In this document: in pieces, positions 1-13,330 of the stretch
Layout: each line of letters opens with the position of its first letter
Position numbering within the stretch: the stretch's first letter is position 1
Origin: Eledone cirrhosa
Taxonomy: Eukaryota
Reading direction: 5' to 3'
Assembly: GCA_964016885.1 (NCBI GenBank)
Contig: OZ024743.1
Span: 69,998,001-70,062,000 of the forward strand
Length of the DNA stretch: 64,000 bases
The notes under the pieces: model-generated
What the model saw: only the letters and a program-made list of their open reading frames with translations
Database searches by the model: none
Told to the model about the DNA's origin: nothing
Program-made: the position numbers and the translations under genes

Positions 1-2131
1 GAGATGCGTGCATCTCAAAGTCATCAAAGGTGGGGGATAGTTGTTGCACGCTGTTGATCCGGGCCTCGCAAATAACCATCACATTTATACATCGTGACCT
101 GAGGTCATTTAGAAGTTTAGCTTGCTTCCAAGGTGAGCCCAGGCCACGCGCATTTAGACAACCTACTCTTAAGACAGCCATGTTGGTGGTAAAGAAAGAG
201 GCACTTACCTCTCTACGTCCCGGGGTCCGGGCTGTTCAGTTTCCATGGGGGTGGTGGAGGGGTTGTTGGGTGGGTGGTGGTTTGTGGTGGTGTGGGGGTA
301 TTAGTGTGTGGTGGGGGTGGGGTATTTGGAGTTGTGTGGGTGTCTGAGGAGAGGAGTGGGTAACCTTTTAAGAAGACGCGGTTAAACGGTTTGTTACAGG
401 GGGGCCCCACGTTCTCTTTATAAACGTTTTTTTAAAGTTTGATAAAGGTTCATGAGGACCTTTATCATTTTGAGGTGTGGAGAGTCATCCACTGTCTTAA
501 AATTTGGCCCTTCGGTTTGCACCGACGGGTTGCTGTTTATTATACTGTGCAGTTTTTTGTTTTGTTTGTTGATGTAAGTGTACTGTAATGTTTTTTTCTG
601 TGACGCTGTTAGTGTTGTGTAATGAGGAGGGGTGATTTGTGTTGTGTTGGTTTCTTCTGTGTTTGTTTGGTTTCTGTTAGTGGTATGTTTCCTTGTTTTC
701 CTGTTTACTGGTCGGAACGGCTCTCCTTCATCTTCGCTATGCTCCGATGTAAGGAGGTTTTCGTCCGTGTTCGGGGGTAGGGAGATAGTTTGTGGTAGTG
801 TTGTGTTGGTGTGTGTATTTTTGATTGTTTTCTGTGTGGGGTGAGTGGGTGTGACTGTGATTTGTTTCGTGGTCTTTTGTTTTTGTTGTTGTTGTGCTGG
901 TGGTGCTGGAGGTGGTGTTGTTGGTTTTTGTTGTCGTTGTGGTAGTGGTGGTGATGGTGGTGTATTTTGTTGATTTTGTGGTGGTGGTGTTGGTTGTTTT
1001 TGTTGTTGTTGTTGTGCTGTTTGTAGCAGTGGTTTTTTGTTGTTAGTAGAGGGTAGGCAGTCCTCAGGTGACCTCTGCCAGCACAGTGGTAACACGAGGG
1101 CCTCTGCCTTCCACCGTAATATTAATGAAGGTTCGACCATTCAGTAGTACTCGGTCGGGTATTCCGGCGATTCTCTCTGTTGTCATCTGTATGAGAACCT
1201 CCAGACTTTTCCCCCCGAACAGTCCACTGGTGGACTCATCTGCTGATACTAGAATGTCCTTATCTAGGTCCGTGAATCTTGTCAGGACGGACCAGATGTC
1301 TACTTCTGGCGTTGAGCTCCACATTCTTAATCTTTGTGTTATTCTTCCTTTATATGTGGGGAAGAAGGTCTATTGTTGTGACACTATAGGTGCCACCGAG
1401 CATTTTCGAGCCAGCATTTGGTCCTTCATTCGGATCATAATGCTGGCATTCGGATTATAATGTCTTTCAGAACCAGCTCAATTTGACTTTCTGTCAATTG
1501 AACTGGTTTTCTTGTTGCGTTGGATATAGTCCTGAAAGTTATCGTATTCCTATATGCCTGTTGACGAACTTCTTCTGGGGAGTTGATCGTAAAAGAACCA
1601 TCCTCCCCAAAAGATACGTATTTTCTGGCATTTAGTAAGTTTCGCTTAGCGTTAGTAATGTCTATGGGTTTGTATTCGATCGTTTTTTTTTACCGTTTGG
1701 GCAAAATAAATTTTGCTGTCTTTGTTGTTTTCGTTTCGTTCGTTGTTGCAATGTTGTTGGTTTTATTAATTCCATTTGTTGTGGTATTTTTTTCCCTGTT
1801 ATCCTTTTCAAAATTTGGGTTTTCACTCAAATTAACAGTGTTTTTTTCCATTCGAGAAGAGGGGTAGTTCAACAATTTGAATTGTTGTTCCCTCTTTCTC
1901 GCTTTTTTTGGTGGGCGTGACGTTAGCTTGCAATATGGCTTCCTCGTTTTTACCGATATCAATAAACATTTTAAATTAAAGATTTTCACGAAAATATATT
2001 TACCCTACGTCTACAGTCCCAGACGAAAGGTTAGATTCAACAATAATAACAAAATTCAAATAACACACTCACAAATAACAAAGTAGTAATCCAAAATCGA
2101 AGAGCCGATGTGAAAGACGTCCACTGTCAAC
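1..2131 (-). mobile_element. Tx1/L1-like LINE, 5' part: degenerate ORF1 with CCHC-type knuckle, then start of ORF2 AP endonuclease running off the window edge
   Basis: Minus strand from ATG at 181 reads MAVLRVGCLNARGLGSPWKQAKLLNDLRSRCINVMVICEAR (APE motif LNxRGL...VxxIxE). Around 1050-1100 it reads CYHCAGRGHLRTAY (CX2CX4HX4 knuckle with last Cys lost), followed by a Q/P/T-rich tract. The 5' end abuts (GATA)n at 2132-2158. Confidence 0.8.
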
Positions 2132-2158
2132 GATAGAGAGATAGATAGATAGATAGAT

Positions 2159-2790
2159 GAGACTAAGCCAAATATCTGGTGGAGTACATCAAGTAGCCAG
2201 AGAAGATTATGAATGTGAGCAGGAAGACGCTAGAGTTGATTGAGGACTTCCTGTATCTGGGAGCAAAAATTAGGAACACAGAGGATGGTGTAGTGGAGAG
2301 GAAGGGTAAAGCCTGGGCGGCTTGTCACAGTTTGCGTTTGGTGAGTAAGTCCGACTTTCTTTAAGACATAAAGATCCGTCTCTTCGTTGCTGCAGGAGAG
2401 TCAGTGCTGCTGTACGGGTCTGAGACTTGGACACTTACAAAGACACTCGCTCAGATCGTGGGTGGGTGCTACACGAGGATGCTGAGGATAGCTCTGAATA
2501 TTAACCAGTACACACTGAGGATGAAGAACTCAGAGCTGCGCAGGAACCTCCCAATAGTCAGATCGAAAGTGATACAGAGATGACTGAGATTAGCTGAACA
2601 TGCTCACCGACATTCAGAGTTGACATTGCACTGAGTAATCCTGTGGGAGCCCTTGCACGGACACACCGAAGGAGGGAGACAAAGAATGACATATGTTGAG
2701 GCCCTAAAGGCATAAAGGCAGAGATTGGTCTCCGGGAGACGAGGGTCATAGCGGTGATGATGAAGGACAGAGACCCCTGAAATAGATAGT
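2159..2790 (+). mobile_element. RTE-clade LINE 3' fragment (RT thumb region), degenerate
   Basis: Reads IEDFLYLGAKI...KAWAACHSL...IKIRLFVAAGESVLLYGSETWTLTK...GCYTRMLRIALNI with internal stops; ends in TAGATAG. Confidence 0.8.
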
Positions 2791-3169
2791 GGATAATATA
2801 ATTCAAATTGCTAGTCATGTCACAAACTGTCTAAAACATCATAATGCCGAGATGTATGTCAAATGTGCAAGTAACTATTAAATGCTCAACTATAAATACT
2901 TAAACGTTAATTCCACGAGCAGAATATTCTGTTAGTCTAATAACTTGAACACTCATCGTCGGAACCGACGGAGGTCGTACTAAAATAATTTAATTTCCTA
3001 TCTGTAAAAGCTTTGAAAACACAGCACCTAATTCTAGAGCATAGAAATAATGAACATCTGCATCAAACGAACTCCGTTTACGCAACAAACTTATCAAGTT
3101 AATTTGCTTAAATAATTTGTAACGTATTTGTCTGGATGCATATCGTCACTTTTATTACATAAATATATC

Positions 3170-3610
3170 CTTGTCAAGACATATCTGGCCTTCTATCTGT
3201 TTTTCAATTGATGTATTTTGCACAGATATCTCTTCTCATTTAACTTGTTTTAATACATGGATCTGTCAAAACACTTGTTCATGTTTCATGGTAGAATTCA
3301 AAGTATTATTATTTCAAAGAGATATCGACAGTGACACTTCTAAATACTTGTAAAACAGATGACGAATCAACTTTATTAGAAAAAAAAATGATATTCAAGA
3401 CATTCAAAAGCAATAATGGAGCATCACTGAAGCAATTACTGAATTTCTTTTCTTCAAAGTTTACTATCTTCGATTCACTTGAAGAAACTCTAAAATACAC
3501 TGAGAGTGCTAGTATGGTCAATTTAGACAACTTGAAACTGGATATTTTGCGGTGAAATTTTGAATTGGAACTAAATAAGTTAAAAGCACCAAAATTTGGG
3601 GGCATGAATT
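3170..3610 (+). mobile_element. possible highly decayed hAT (Charlie/Buster, GTF2IRD2-like) transposase fragment
   Basis: Fragments LFQRDIDSDTSKY, LLNFFSSKFTIFDSLEETLKY and NFELEL lie in shifting frames and resemble the C-terminal half of these transposases. Weak similarity, recognised by eye. Confidence 0.3.
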
Positions 3611-3689
3611 AGTAGAAACGATAGCTAAATAAAAAAGTTTGATTTCTAATTTTAATACTATTGGAATGTTGTTAGAATGTCTCATGAAA

Positions 3690-3890
3690 GAATCGCTGGA
3701 CATTATAGACCCCGAGCAAGATGGTCGGATAACATCCATGAGCTTGGCTGGCCCTGCTTGGGGATGTAGCAGGATCAGTTGGAGACGGTTGCTTCTGGCA
3801 GGAGGCACTGGAAGGTGTGTTTGAGGACTCTGTCTTAACAATCCTCTCAGGAATAAATAGACGAAGAAGAAGAAGAAGAAGAAGAAGAAG
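3690..3890 (+). mobile_element. RTE-like LINE 3' end with (GAA)n tail
   Basis: RPRARWSDNIHELGW-type terminal peptide and (GAA)n tail; homologous to 51470-51810 and 56665-56980. Confidence 0.6.
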
Positions 3891-3957
3891 GTACAAGGCA
3901 ACAGTTTGGGCAGAGGTGAAACTTGATTATAACAACACAAATACTTAAATGAAAATT

Positions 3958-4905
3958 TATTTTATCGACCGGCAAAGATAAAAGAGAAAGTTGCCATCGG
4001 CAGGATTTGAAATCGGAACGTAGAAATACAACTAAATAACGTAAACCATTTTATCTGGGTGCTCTACCGATTACTACCAACCTGACATCGTTACTCTAAC
4101 AACAACAGATGCTGCAACAACAATAAAAGTAAGAGTAATCATGATCATTTCCAGCATTGGCACAATGAAATTTAAATTCAGGAAAGATGAAAGGCATAAC
4201 TTACCTGGGCATAACTTACCTTGTGTGGGGGGGGGGGGGATTTGAACTCAGAACGTAGAATGTCGTAACTCAATACCACAAAGCATTTCTTCCGGTGCTA
4301 CACCGATATTTTCAATCCACCACCCTGGAAATAAAACTTGTTTTTGAGAGATCGCCTCCCGACAGAACAATGAAGCAAATGAGATTCTGTAGAACTGGAC
4401 TTCCATTCCCGAATATTTGTCTCTTATTGAATGTCTAATTAGAATTCTTAAAGAATAAATTCAAAATGTTGTTCTCTTTCTCCATAATATTTTGTTTTTA
4501 TAAGTATAACATAAACATGCTTTCTTATATAGGCACAAGACCAGCAATTTCGGGGAGGGGAATGTCGATTGAACCAACCACCGTGTGTGACTGGTATTTT
4601 ATTTTATCGAGCTCATAAGGAAGACAGGCAAAGCTAACCTCGGCAGGACGTAACTCTGTGCCGCGAAGCAGGTTGTCCGACGCTATACCGTATACTGCCA
4701 ATACCCCACCTTTATATAATATAAATAATGATAATTGTTTTAATGTTTGCTCAACGCCAGCAATTTGTTGGGAAATGATTGTCGATTGGTACTTTATTCT
4801 ATCGATCCCAGAAAAACGAAAAGCAAAGTTGATATCGACGGGATTTGAACCCGGAATATAAAGAGCCAGAACAAACACTGCTATGCCTTTGTCCGACGCT
4901 TTAAC
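3958..4905 (-). mobile_element. cluster of four decayed SINE family A copies
   Basis: Repeated motif TTTATCGA...GAAAGGCAAAGTT...GGATTTGAAC (reverse B-box) at about 3960, 4185, 4600 and 4795. Confidence 0.7.
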
Positions 4906-5887
4906 ACTGTATATTCCACTGGAATTTAAATAATTAAAATAATTAAAATACAATTATTCACTGTCGGTTGCTGTGTTTTCCATAACCATCTCATTATTCC
5001 TTATCTCACTGCCATTAAATACGTTAATGTTGCACTAATTATATGTGTTAAATTATCTATATCATAATTAATGTAGTGAGACAAAATAAATATTCAATAT
5101 AAACTCCTCTGAACAATGAGGAAGGATGAACGTTAGCTCAATGAAACGAATTAGCAAGGTCGTTCTAGAACCTGAGGAAATGCAATGGAGGCTTAGCTAT
5201 ACGAAGGGGAAATTGAGAGGACTGTTGCCAGAGATGTGCCTTTCATCCTTCCGGGGTCGATAAAATAAAGTATAACTGGGGTAGATTTAATCGACTTTCC
5301 CCTCCTCTTTAAATTGCTGGCCTTGTGTCTAAAGTAGAAACAATTATTATACCTTTTCAGTACATAAATATTTATTCTAAACTAACTACGTGTATTTAGC
5401 TGGACTGGGGATTAGGTTCAGGATCACCAATACATTTTAACTGTCATATATTGCTGCTCTATCAAGGGAGAAATTAGCCGAACATTATGTTAATGCCATT
5501 AGCTGGAGGTAAGCACCGTTTATCAAAATCAAATAAGGGTTATATTGTATTTACATATACAGATAAAATTCCAAATCCCGTTGAGGTCAATTTCGCCGTT
5601 TATCCTTTCTGCTTCAATAAGATAAAGTACCCTTCAAATGCGCGGTGGATTATCGGAATTGTTAATTATCCGACATATGAGATCTTCCACGGTACATTCT
5701 AAGTTCAAATCTCGCCCCCTTCCGCTAGGGTTTGCGACCGTCATATAGTAGTATCAACAATGAAAACATCCAATCAAACACTGTTTTTTTAATCCGATCG
5801 ATCATTGACTTTATTCATTCTCAAAACAATCACATACCAATCCTGTAATATCTTCTGTTATATTTCCTTCTAAATATATAATAGATG

Positions 5888-6173
5888 CACAATCGTAAGT
5901 TCGTGAGTTCGATTCCAGGCGGCGTGTTATTTCCTGGAGCAAAACACTTTATTTCACGTTGCTCCAGTCCACTCACCTGAAAGCAATGAGTTGTACCTGT
6001 TCTCCGAATGGCCAGCCTTGTTACATTCTGTTTTATGCTGTATCTCCCTGAGAACTACGGCAAGGGTAGCGTGTCTGTGGAATGCTTAGCCACTTGCACG
6101 TTAATTTCACAAGTAATCTATTCCTTTGATCAGATCAACTGGAACACTCGTCGTCGTAGCCGACGGAGTGCCA
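5888..6173 (+). mobile_element. tRNA-derived SINE family B
   Basis: B-box GAGTTCGATTCC, then GAGCAAAACACTTTATTTCACGTTGCTCCAGTCCACTC; tail GGAACACTCGTCGTCGTAGCCGACGGAG. Homologues at 21156, 45950 (-), 57030, 57343 (-), 14560 (-). Confidence 0.75.
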
Positions 6174-6806
6174 GTTATATGATAAATGATGTAGATTTAA
6201 TTAAGTTATAATTTTTCACATTTTGTTCTTATTACATTGAATTTAAACGGTAAATATTCCAAACAGACATCTGAATTTCTATGGTAACTTGGTGCAATAC
6301 ACAAACGGAGTAACTATAACATTAGCCAGGACGTGTAAGGTTTTATAATCTGTCTCGACAAAAGATATCAAAAGTAACCTTCGTGGGAAGTTATAAACGG
6401 AAACAGCGCTTTATCCAGATAAACATTTGCCTCTCATAAATTTATAAGTTACAGATAGTTCATTTTATTTTTGATAAGCAATCGCAACCACTGCAAATGT
6501 TTGAATTTTCTGTGGTCAATCATCTTTTGGTTGTACTTGATGTAGATGTTGCTATTGATGTTATAATAGATGTAGTTCATGTCTGAATTTGACGTTAATG
6601 TATTATGCCGTTTATAGATATGTAGACACACTAACATCCACTCGCACATCTACCTACCTGTTTTTGCCCACCCCTCGTTCTCTCTCTCTCTATATATATA
6701 TATATGTGTATGTATATATATATATGTATAATATATATATATATATATATCATACATATATATATATATATATATATGCAGGGGATATGTAATATGTAGA
6801 TAAGTT

Positions 6807-6839
<33 letters not shown>

Positions 6840-7326
6840 GCGTATATATATATATATATATGCAGGGGATATGTAATATATAGGTAAGTTTATATATATA
6901 TATATATATGTGTATGTGTGTGTATCTGTGTGTTTAGATGTATGTTTGTGTGGGCACGCATATTTTGTCGTCATATATCAAACAGCTACCGAGTGAGCGA
7001 CTGACAGCCTTATACGATAACGTTCCACCGTCATAAAAAGGTTTTTATACTGCAGCCTGCACATTCAATGTTTTTTTATATAATTCATTCCGTATATAAA
7101 TATAAAATTGCTTCATTTATCTTATTGATTGCTTGAAAATAAGGAAAATCTGACAGTAATAATCACATTCTATGCAATTTTAGCTTAAAATATATTTCTA
7201 CTTATATACAGATACCTGCGCGCGCACATAAACACACACACATACACACACACATACAAGATTATATCAATATATTGATGCATATACATGCATTCACACA
7301 TATATATGTATACGTGCGTGGGTGGG

Positions 7327-7357
<31 letters not shown>

Positions 7358-7391
7358 GAAGAATATTTTCGAAACAGCGAGTGTTTGAAAT

Positions 7392-7607
7392 TATTAGAAA
7401 TGTAAGCTATCGCCGTATTTTGACTAAAGAAATTAAAGAAATTATTTAGCCTGATAGTGGGGTTAAGAACCCTCGGAGAAATGGAAAAATATTACGCCAA
7501 TACTCATCTTTTTTCCATTTCTCCGAGGGTTCTTAACCCCACTGCCGGGCTAAATAATTTCTTTAACTTCTCTAGTCAAAATACGGCGATAGCTTACATT
7601 TCTAATA
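7392..7607. repeat. fold-back cassette between (TA)n tracts
   Basis: Arms 7392-7489 and 7510-7607 are near-perfect reverse complements. Confidence 0.9.
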
Positions 7608-8739
7608 TATATATATGTTTGTGTGTGCGTGTGTGTGTGAGAGATAGAGAGATAGAGAGAGTGTCTGTGTGTGTGCGTGTGTGTTTATGTGTATGGGAAA
7701 TAGCAGTACCTTTTACCCTTAATAGTATGTGTTACAAACACGCTCAGGAAGTGTGTCATACAACAGACGAGGTTGTGAAACAATTGCGACTGTCTGTATG
7801 TCTGTTATTTGTTGATGGTTCAATTCTCATTAGTTAAATTTGGAGAGAGAAAGAATTCCATCACTTCTGACCTTATGTTAATCACTCAAATACCATCGCC
7901 GTTAAGGACAATTTTTGTTGATTCTGATCTTTGATCGTCTGGAAAATATCTAGGAGAAACTTCCAGAGGCGGTAATTAGACAATACTTCTGATCTGAGAT
8001 CAAAGTTTGTCACAGTTAAGAAGCTAATCCAACCTCTTTTGCGTTTATATTTATGATGGAGCTAGCTTTATGTTCTCTTTTTCTTTAAGATGTTATGGTT
8101 ATGTCATCATGTTGCCATGTATTTTTTATTTAACATATGTTTGTATCTTTTTCTGCAAGTATATCTGCGCTGTCGAAATTTTTTAAAAGAGTTGATGTAA
8201 TTGCTGAAGGTGTTTGGGAAAGTATCGAAATATTGTCGAGATCTTCCCATCATTATCAGATCGTTAACGTCAAATATATTTCCTTGAGACACATGGAATA
8301 ATCAACACCACATCATTAGCTGAATGGTCGCAGAAACAAATGTTTGTAGCGGAAGAGATTTTGATATTTTAGAACATTTTTTTTCTTTTTTATGAATTAT
8401 AACTTGTATCAGAGGTTTGTTGTTTGCATTTCATTTCTTCACATAAAATGTTATTTTAAAGACCCGAGCATGGTATAATTAGGAATAATTATTCAGCAAG
8501 ATTTTCTAATCAATTACACTACATTTAGACCATTTCAGATGTATTCGCCTGAGGAATTGTGAGACGTGTCGCCACATATGCATGACTCAGTTGTTAAGAA
8601 TTTCTCTTCGCAAACACGAGGTCCTTGGTTTGATACCATTATCTAGTATCTTGGTCAACAGTATCTCCCATTGCTTGATGTAGATTTGTAAATAGCCACT
8701 TGTGATGTGATGGCTAATATTAAACATAATCTGGATAAT

Positions 8740-8930
8740 AATTGTTTCTCTATTGGCACAAGGCCAGCAATTATCCCAGTGCATTACTGGTACTTTATTT
8801 TATCAACCCCTGTAAGAATAAAAGGCAAAGTTAACATCGGCGGGATTTGAACTCAGAATGGCAAGGGCCGTAACTCTATACGTCAAAGCATGGCGTCCGA
8901 CCCTCTACCGATACTGCCAATGCACCGCCC
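8740..8930 (-). mobile_element. tRNA-derived SINE family A, near full length
   Basis: Reverse strand reads GGCGGTGCATTGGCAGTATCGGTAG (A-box), GAGTTCAAATCCCGCCG (B-box), GATAAAATAAAGTACCAGT, GGCCTTGTGCC, then an ATT tail. Confidence 0.85.
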
Positions 8931-9884
8931 TTGATAATAATTATTTCTACTTTTGGCACGAAACCAAACAACGAACAGAGGGGGAAGGTGTTAAAGGAGG
9001 ACAGATCTAACTGTATAGGAAAGTAGAAGAAATGGCTATAACTGCTATAAATGGATAAATGCCATACATGGGTAATTGTTAAAGAATTGACAGTGCTGAA
9101 TGAAGTCAAAACTTATGTGGCCGGCAAACAGAGTACATGTAATTTCTATTGTTAGTCGTATTGCTGTTACATCGCCTTAAGCTAATCTTAATCTACCCAT
9201 AAAAAGACATTAATCTATGACAACTTCGTTGTGACAATTTGTGATTTCCTGAGATTTCGCAGCTATCTTTAGCAGATAAAATCTGATAAAATCCCAGCTG
9301 GTGACCCGATTTCCCGTAGGCTTCCTTCCTCATTGTTAAATAGCATATTGATTGAGAAATGTGTTCTATTTAACAACGAATCTAAATTTAAGCAAATAGT
9401 CACCTGGTAAATAGGGATTTCTTCTTTAGACATGAAGAAATTATTGTTTTGGAGAGGAGGGGCCGATTAAATTGACATCATTGCAAGACTTGTACAGAAT
9501 TTCATTGACCACGGCAGGATGAAAGGCAAAGTTGACCTCGGTGAGTTTTGAAAGCAGTCCGTAACAAAATGTTTCAAAATATTTTATCTCCCACAGTAGC
9601 GATTAAGCCAATTCACTGCCATTCGGCTATTAGTTATACTTGTAGGAACATAAGACTGGAACCTGTACTTTGAGAGAAATGTCGTAGCTATTTCTATCTA
9701 CAGTAGTATTTATGGGTATTATGGATCATGGAATGAATGATTGTAGCGACATTAAAATATTTTAAGCTGTGGTTAACTGTTGTTGACATTTTGTACCCTG
9801 CTGTAGTGGAAGAATATGTACGTATGCATGGATGTACCTATGTATACATGACTATATGTGTTTAAGTAACTGCATGTGTGTGTG

Positions 9885-9965
<81 letters not shown>

Positions 9966-9967
<2 letters not shown>

Positions 9968-11962
9968 AAATATGGTTAAATTAGTTCCATGTATTTTATT
10001 ATGCGCATTTTAAAAACAAATATCATCATGCAATAACATTTGTGTTTTCATCAGATAAAATAGGAGGACATGATATGAAGGTTAAAAACACTTGTGGATA
10101 GTGCAGTTTTAAATCAACATATGAAAAGTAGTTTTAGATTGATGTGTGATATTGGGGAAACATTTTTTTAGGGGAGGGGGATGAAAAAGAGGAGGAGATG
10201 AGAGTAAAAAGTGGAGGGGGAGAAGTATAATGAGGAAGGATGAGATAGGAGGAGAGATGGGTGATAGAGAGAGAGAGAGAGATTTTATAACTGAGAAAAA
10301 TATATTGTTTTACATAGAGAGATTGAACAAACCGTTGGAAGATAATGTATGAATTAAAAGAATTTGAAAATTAACGAAGAGAAAAATAATGTAAAGTTAA
10401 GGTTTGTATATTGAAGGGTTTAATAATATGTGCGATGAAAAGAAATTGTTAATATGTATTAAGAATAATATTTAAGGGTTTAATAATATGTGCGATGGAA
10501 AGAAAATGTTAATATGTATTAAGAATAATATTTAAGGGTTTAATAATATGTGCGATGGAAAGAAAATGTTGATATGTATTATTAGAAAAACAAAAGTAAT
10601 GTAAGTAAGGATATATTGTGAGATGAGCATGAGTAAGTTAGATGAAAGGGAGAAAAAAATAATGAATAGAGGATGAATAATCTAACGTCAAAAAAATCTT
10701 TATGTTTACGAAGGATTTTTTCAAGGTGATATAAAGTAAGAATATATTGTATTGTGTAATAATTGTTTCTATGTTAGGCACAGTGAGAAAAGGTACAGAT
10801 TAGAGGTTAGAAATTAAAAGAAAAAGAAAAGAAAAGGAAAAGGAAGAAAGGGAAGTGATAAATAGGAGTGATATAGAATGAGTAACAAGTATTATATAAT
10901 GTATAATAAATAACTTTGAAATAAGGTAGAAAGATGGGTATATTTTTAAAGAAGTATATATATATATATATGTGTGTCTATGAGAAAAGGATTCTGAATT
11001 GATAAAGTTTAGGATATTAGCAGTATACTTTATGGAAAGTCTGTGGAATTTATGCAAGCAGATAGAAAACAAGTCAGTGCGTCTATTTATTATAGAATCT
11101 AAATTAGATATAATGGTAAATTTTTCATTTAGACAGAGATTGCAAGTCATGGATAGAGAACTGTTCAAGTATGAGGAAGCAGAAGAAACCTTTTCCCAAG
11201 AGATGTTATATTTAATATTTTTGTCTTTCAAGGACCATATGCGTTCTGAGAGAGCCGTGTTGGAAAATTTACCATTATATCTAATTTAGATTCTATAATA
11301 AATAGACGCACTGACTTGTTTTCTATCTGCTTGCATAAATTCCACAGAACTTTCCATAGTATACAGCTATTATCCTAAACTTTATCAATTCAGAATCCTT
11401 TTCTCAAAGGCACATATATATATATATATACTTCTTTAAAAATATACCCATCTTTCTACCTTATTTCAAAGTTATTTATTATACATTATATAATACTTGT
11501 TACTCATTCTATATCACTCCTATTTATCACTTCCATTTCTTCCTTTTCCTTTTCTTTTCTTTTTCTTTTAATTTCTAACCCCTAATCTGTACCTTTTCTC
11601 GCTGTGCCTAACATAGAAACAATTATTACACAATACAATATATTCTTACTTTATATCACCTTGAAAAAATCCTTCGTAAACATAAATTTTTTTTGACGTT
11701 AGATTATTCATCCTCTATTCATTATTTTTTTCTCCCTTTCATCTAACTTACTCATGCTCATCTCACAATATATCCTTACTTACATTACTTTTGTTTTTCT
11801 AATAATACGTATCAACATTTTCTTTCCATCGCACATATTATTAAACCCTTAAATATTATTCTTAATACATATTAACATTTTCTTTCCATCGCACATATTA
11901 TTAAACCATTAAATATTATTCTTAATACATATTAACAATTTCTTTTCATCGCACATATTATT
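9966..11962 (-). mobile_element. 5'-truncated Penelope-like element with GIY-YIG C-terminus, long AT-rich 3' region and a 700-bp inverted duplication
   Basis: Minus strand reads TALSERIWSLKDKNIKYNISWE...CNLCLNEK...INRRTDLFSICLH (PLE endonuclease C-terminal motif). Arms 10422-11126 and 11264-11962 are reverse complements. A decayed hammerhead lies at about 9990-10060 and the 3' end is in (TA)n. Confidence 0.8.
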
Positions 11963-11964
11963 AT

Positions 11965-12140
11965 TTCGGAGCCCCTACATGGACACACTAGAAGAGGAAG
12001 ATCAAGGTTAACGTATGTTGATGCCCTAAGGACAGACACTGGTCTGTTGGAGACGCAGGACATGGCAGCGATAATGAGGGACAGAGACCGCTGGAGAGAA
12101 CTCGTCCATGGATCTCGGGAATTTTACCCGCCTTAGATAG
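11965..12140 (+). mobile_element. RTE-clade LINE 3' end with TAGA tail
   Basis: Reads EPLHGHTRRGRSRLTYVDALRTDTG...MRDRDRWREL; homologous to 2645-2790. Confidence 0.75.
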
Positions 12141-12801
12141 ATATATACACACACACACACATGCAGTTACTTAAACAGTTACTTCTACGTTTATAAATCT
12201 TTCTATAAATGTTCCTTTATTTACTTGTTGATATAAAATAAAAATTAAATAGTATACCCCACATATATAGATATTTACTAGTAATTATTAATTTTGACAT
12301 AGATAGACTATTTTTATTTTTATTTTATTTTATTTTATTTTATTTTATAAAAATCTTTTTTTACATTTATTTTATTTTATTTTACTTTATTTTATTAATA
12401 CATTTTTACACTTCTTAATCCAATTTTTAGTATTTAAACCCAATTTAAAATAATATACCCAGTTTCTATATTTAGGCCTCTAATATTTGAATACCGTCTA
12501 TAATATTCGCACATACACCTCATCAATTTAGTTTTTAACCGTTATTTACAGCTGTTTTTCATTTTGACCGCGTTCCTGATCAAAAGTCTCTCTCTCTCTC
12601 TTTATATCTCTCTCTCTCTTCCTTTTTCTTCTTTTTTTCCTTTCTTTTCTTCTCTTTCGTTTTCTTTTTTTCTCCTCTTCTTTCCTTTCTTCTATTTTCC
12701 TATCTATTTCTTACTATAGTTTTAACACTTATATTTCTGTCATATGTAGACTTAGCACTTTCCTGTAAACAAGTGCTATTATGACTCATATCATGTTACC
12801 T

Positions 12802-12870
12802 TATTTTATCTGATGAGAACGCAATTTTTGTCCAGGATGATTTTGTATTCGAAATGCGCATAACAAAATA
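12802..12870 (+). ncRNA. type I hammerhead ribozyme-like motif at a PLE 3' end
   Basis: TATTTTAT-CTGATGA-GAACGCAA...TTGTATTC-GAAA-TGCGCA-TA-ACAAAATA, with palindromic stem III (ATGCGCAT) and a predicted AUA cleavage triplet. Confidence 0.7.
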
Positions 12871-13103
12871 TATGGAACTCTTTTAACCATCTTTTAATTT
12901 CTTCTTTGTATATATATATATATATCAGGATTAAACCAGTATTAAACTAGTTAGACCATTATTCCACAGTGTACTCGATACTTCGGATATATATATATAT
13001 ATATATGTATAACCAAAAATTAGTATGGTTCGTTGATTACTCAACGAATATAAGTTTACAATAGATTAGACGCACTGAACAGAGGGTTTTGCTGGAGTTT
13101 TTA

Positions 13104-13207
13104 ATATTATTCAAAATGTTAACAAAAGAAAAATATTCGCATAATCAAAATATATACTTTATTATATATTTTGATTATGTGAATATTTTTCATTTGTTAA
13201 CATTTTG

Positions 13208-13215
<8 letters not shown>
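13104..13215. repeat. fold-back cassette in (TA)n
   Basis: ATATTATTCAAAATGTTAAC...GTTAACATTTTGAATAATAT. The unpaired left extension 13010-13103 resembles 34030-34140. Confidence 0.85.
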
Positions 13216-13248
<33 letters not shown>

Positions 13249-13330
13249 AAAAGAGTCAAAACCCCGACGGCAGAGCTTAAGCCGTTTCGACGGCTATTTC
13301 TGGACATATATATATATATATATATATATA

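Noticed and set aside
7760-8340. Possible decayed coding sequence on the minus strand
   Set aside because: No recognisable motif by eye; it needs a translated search.
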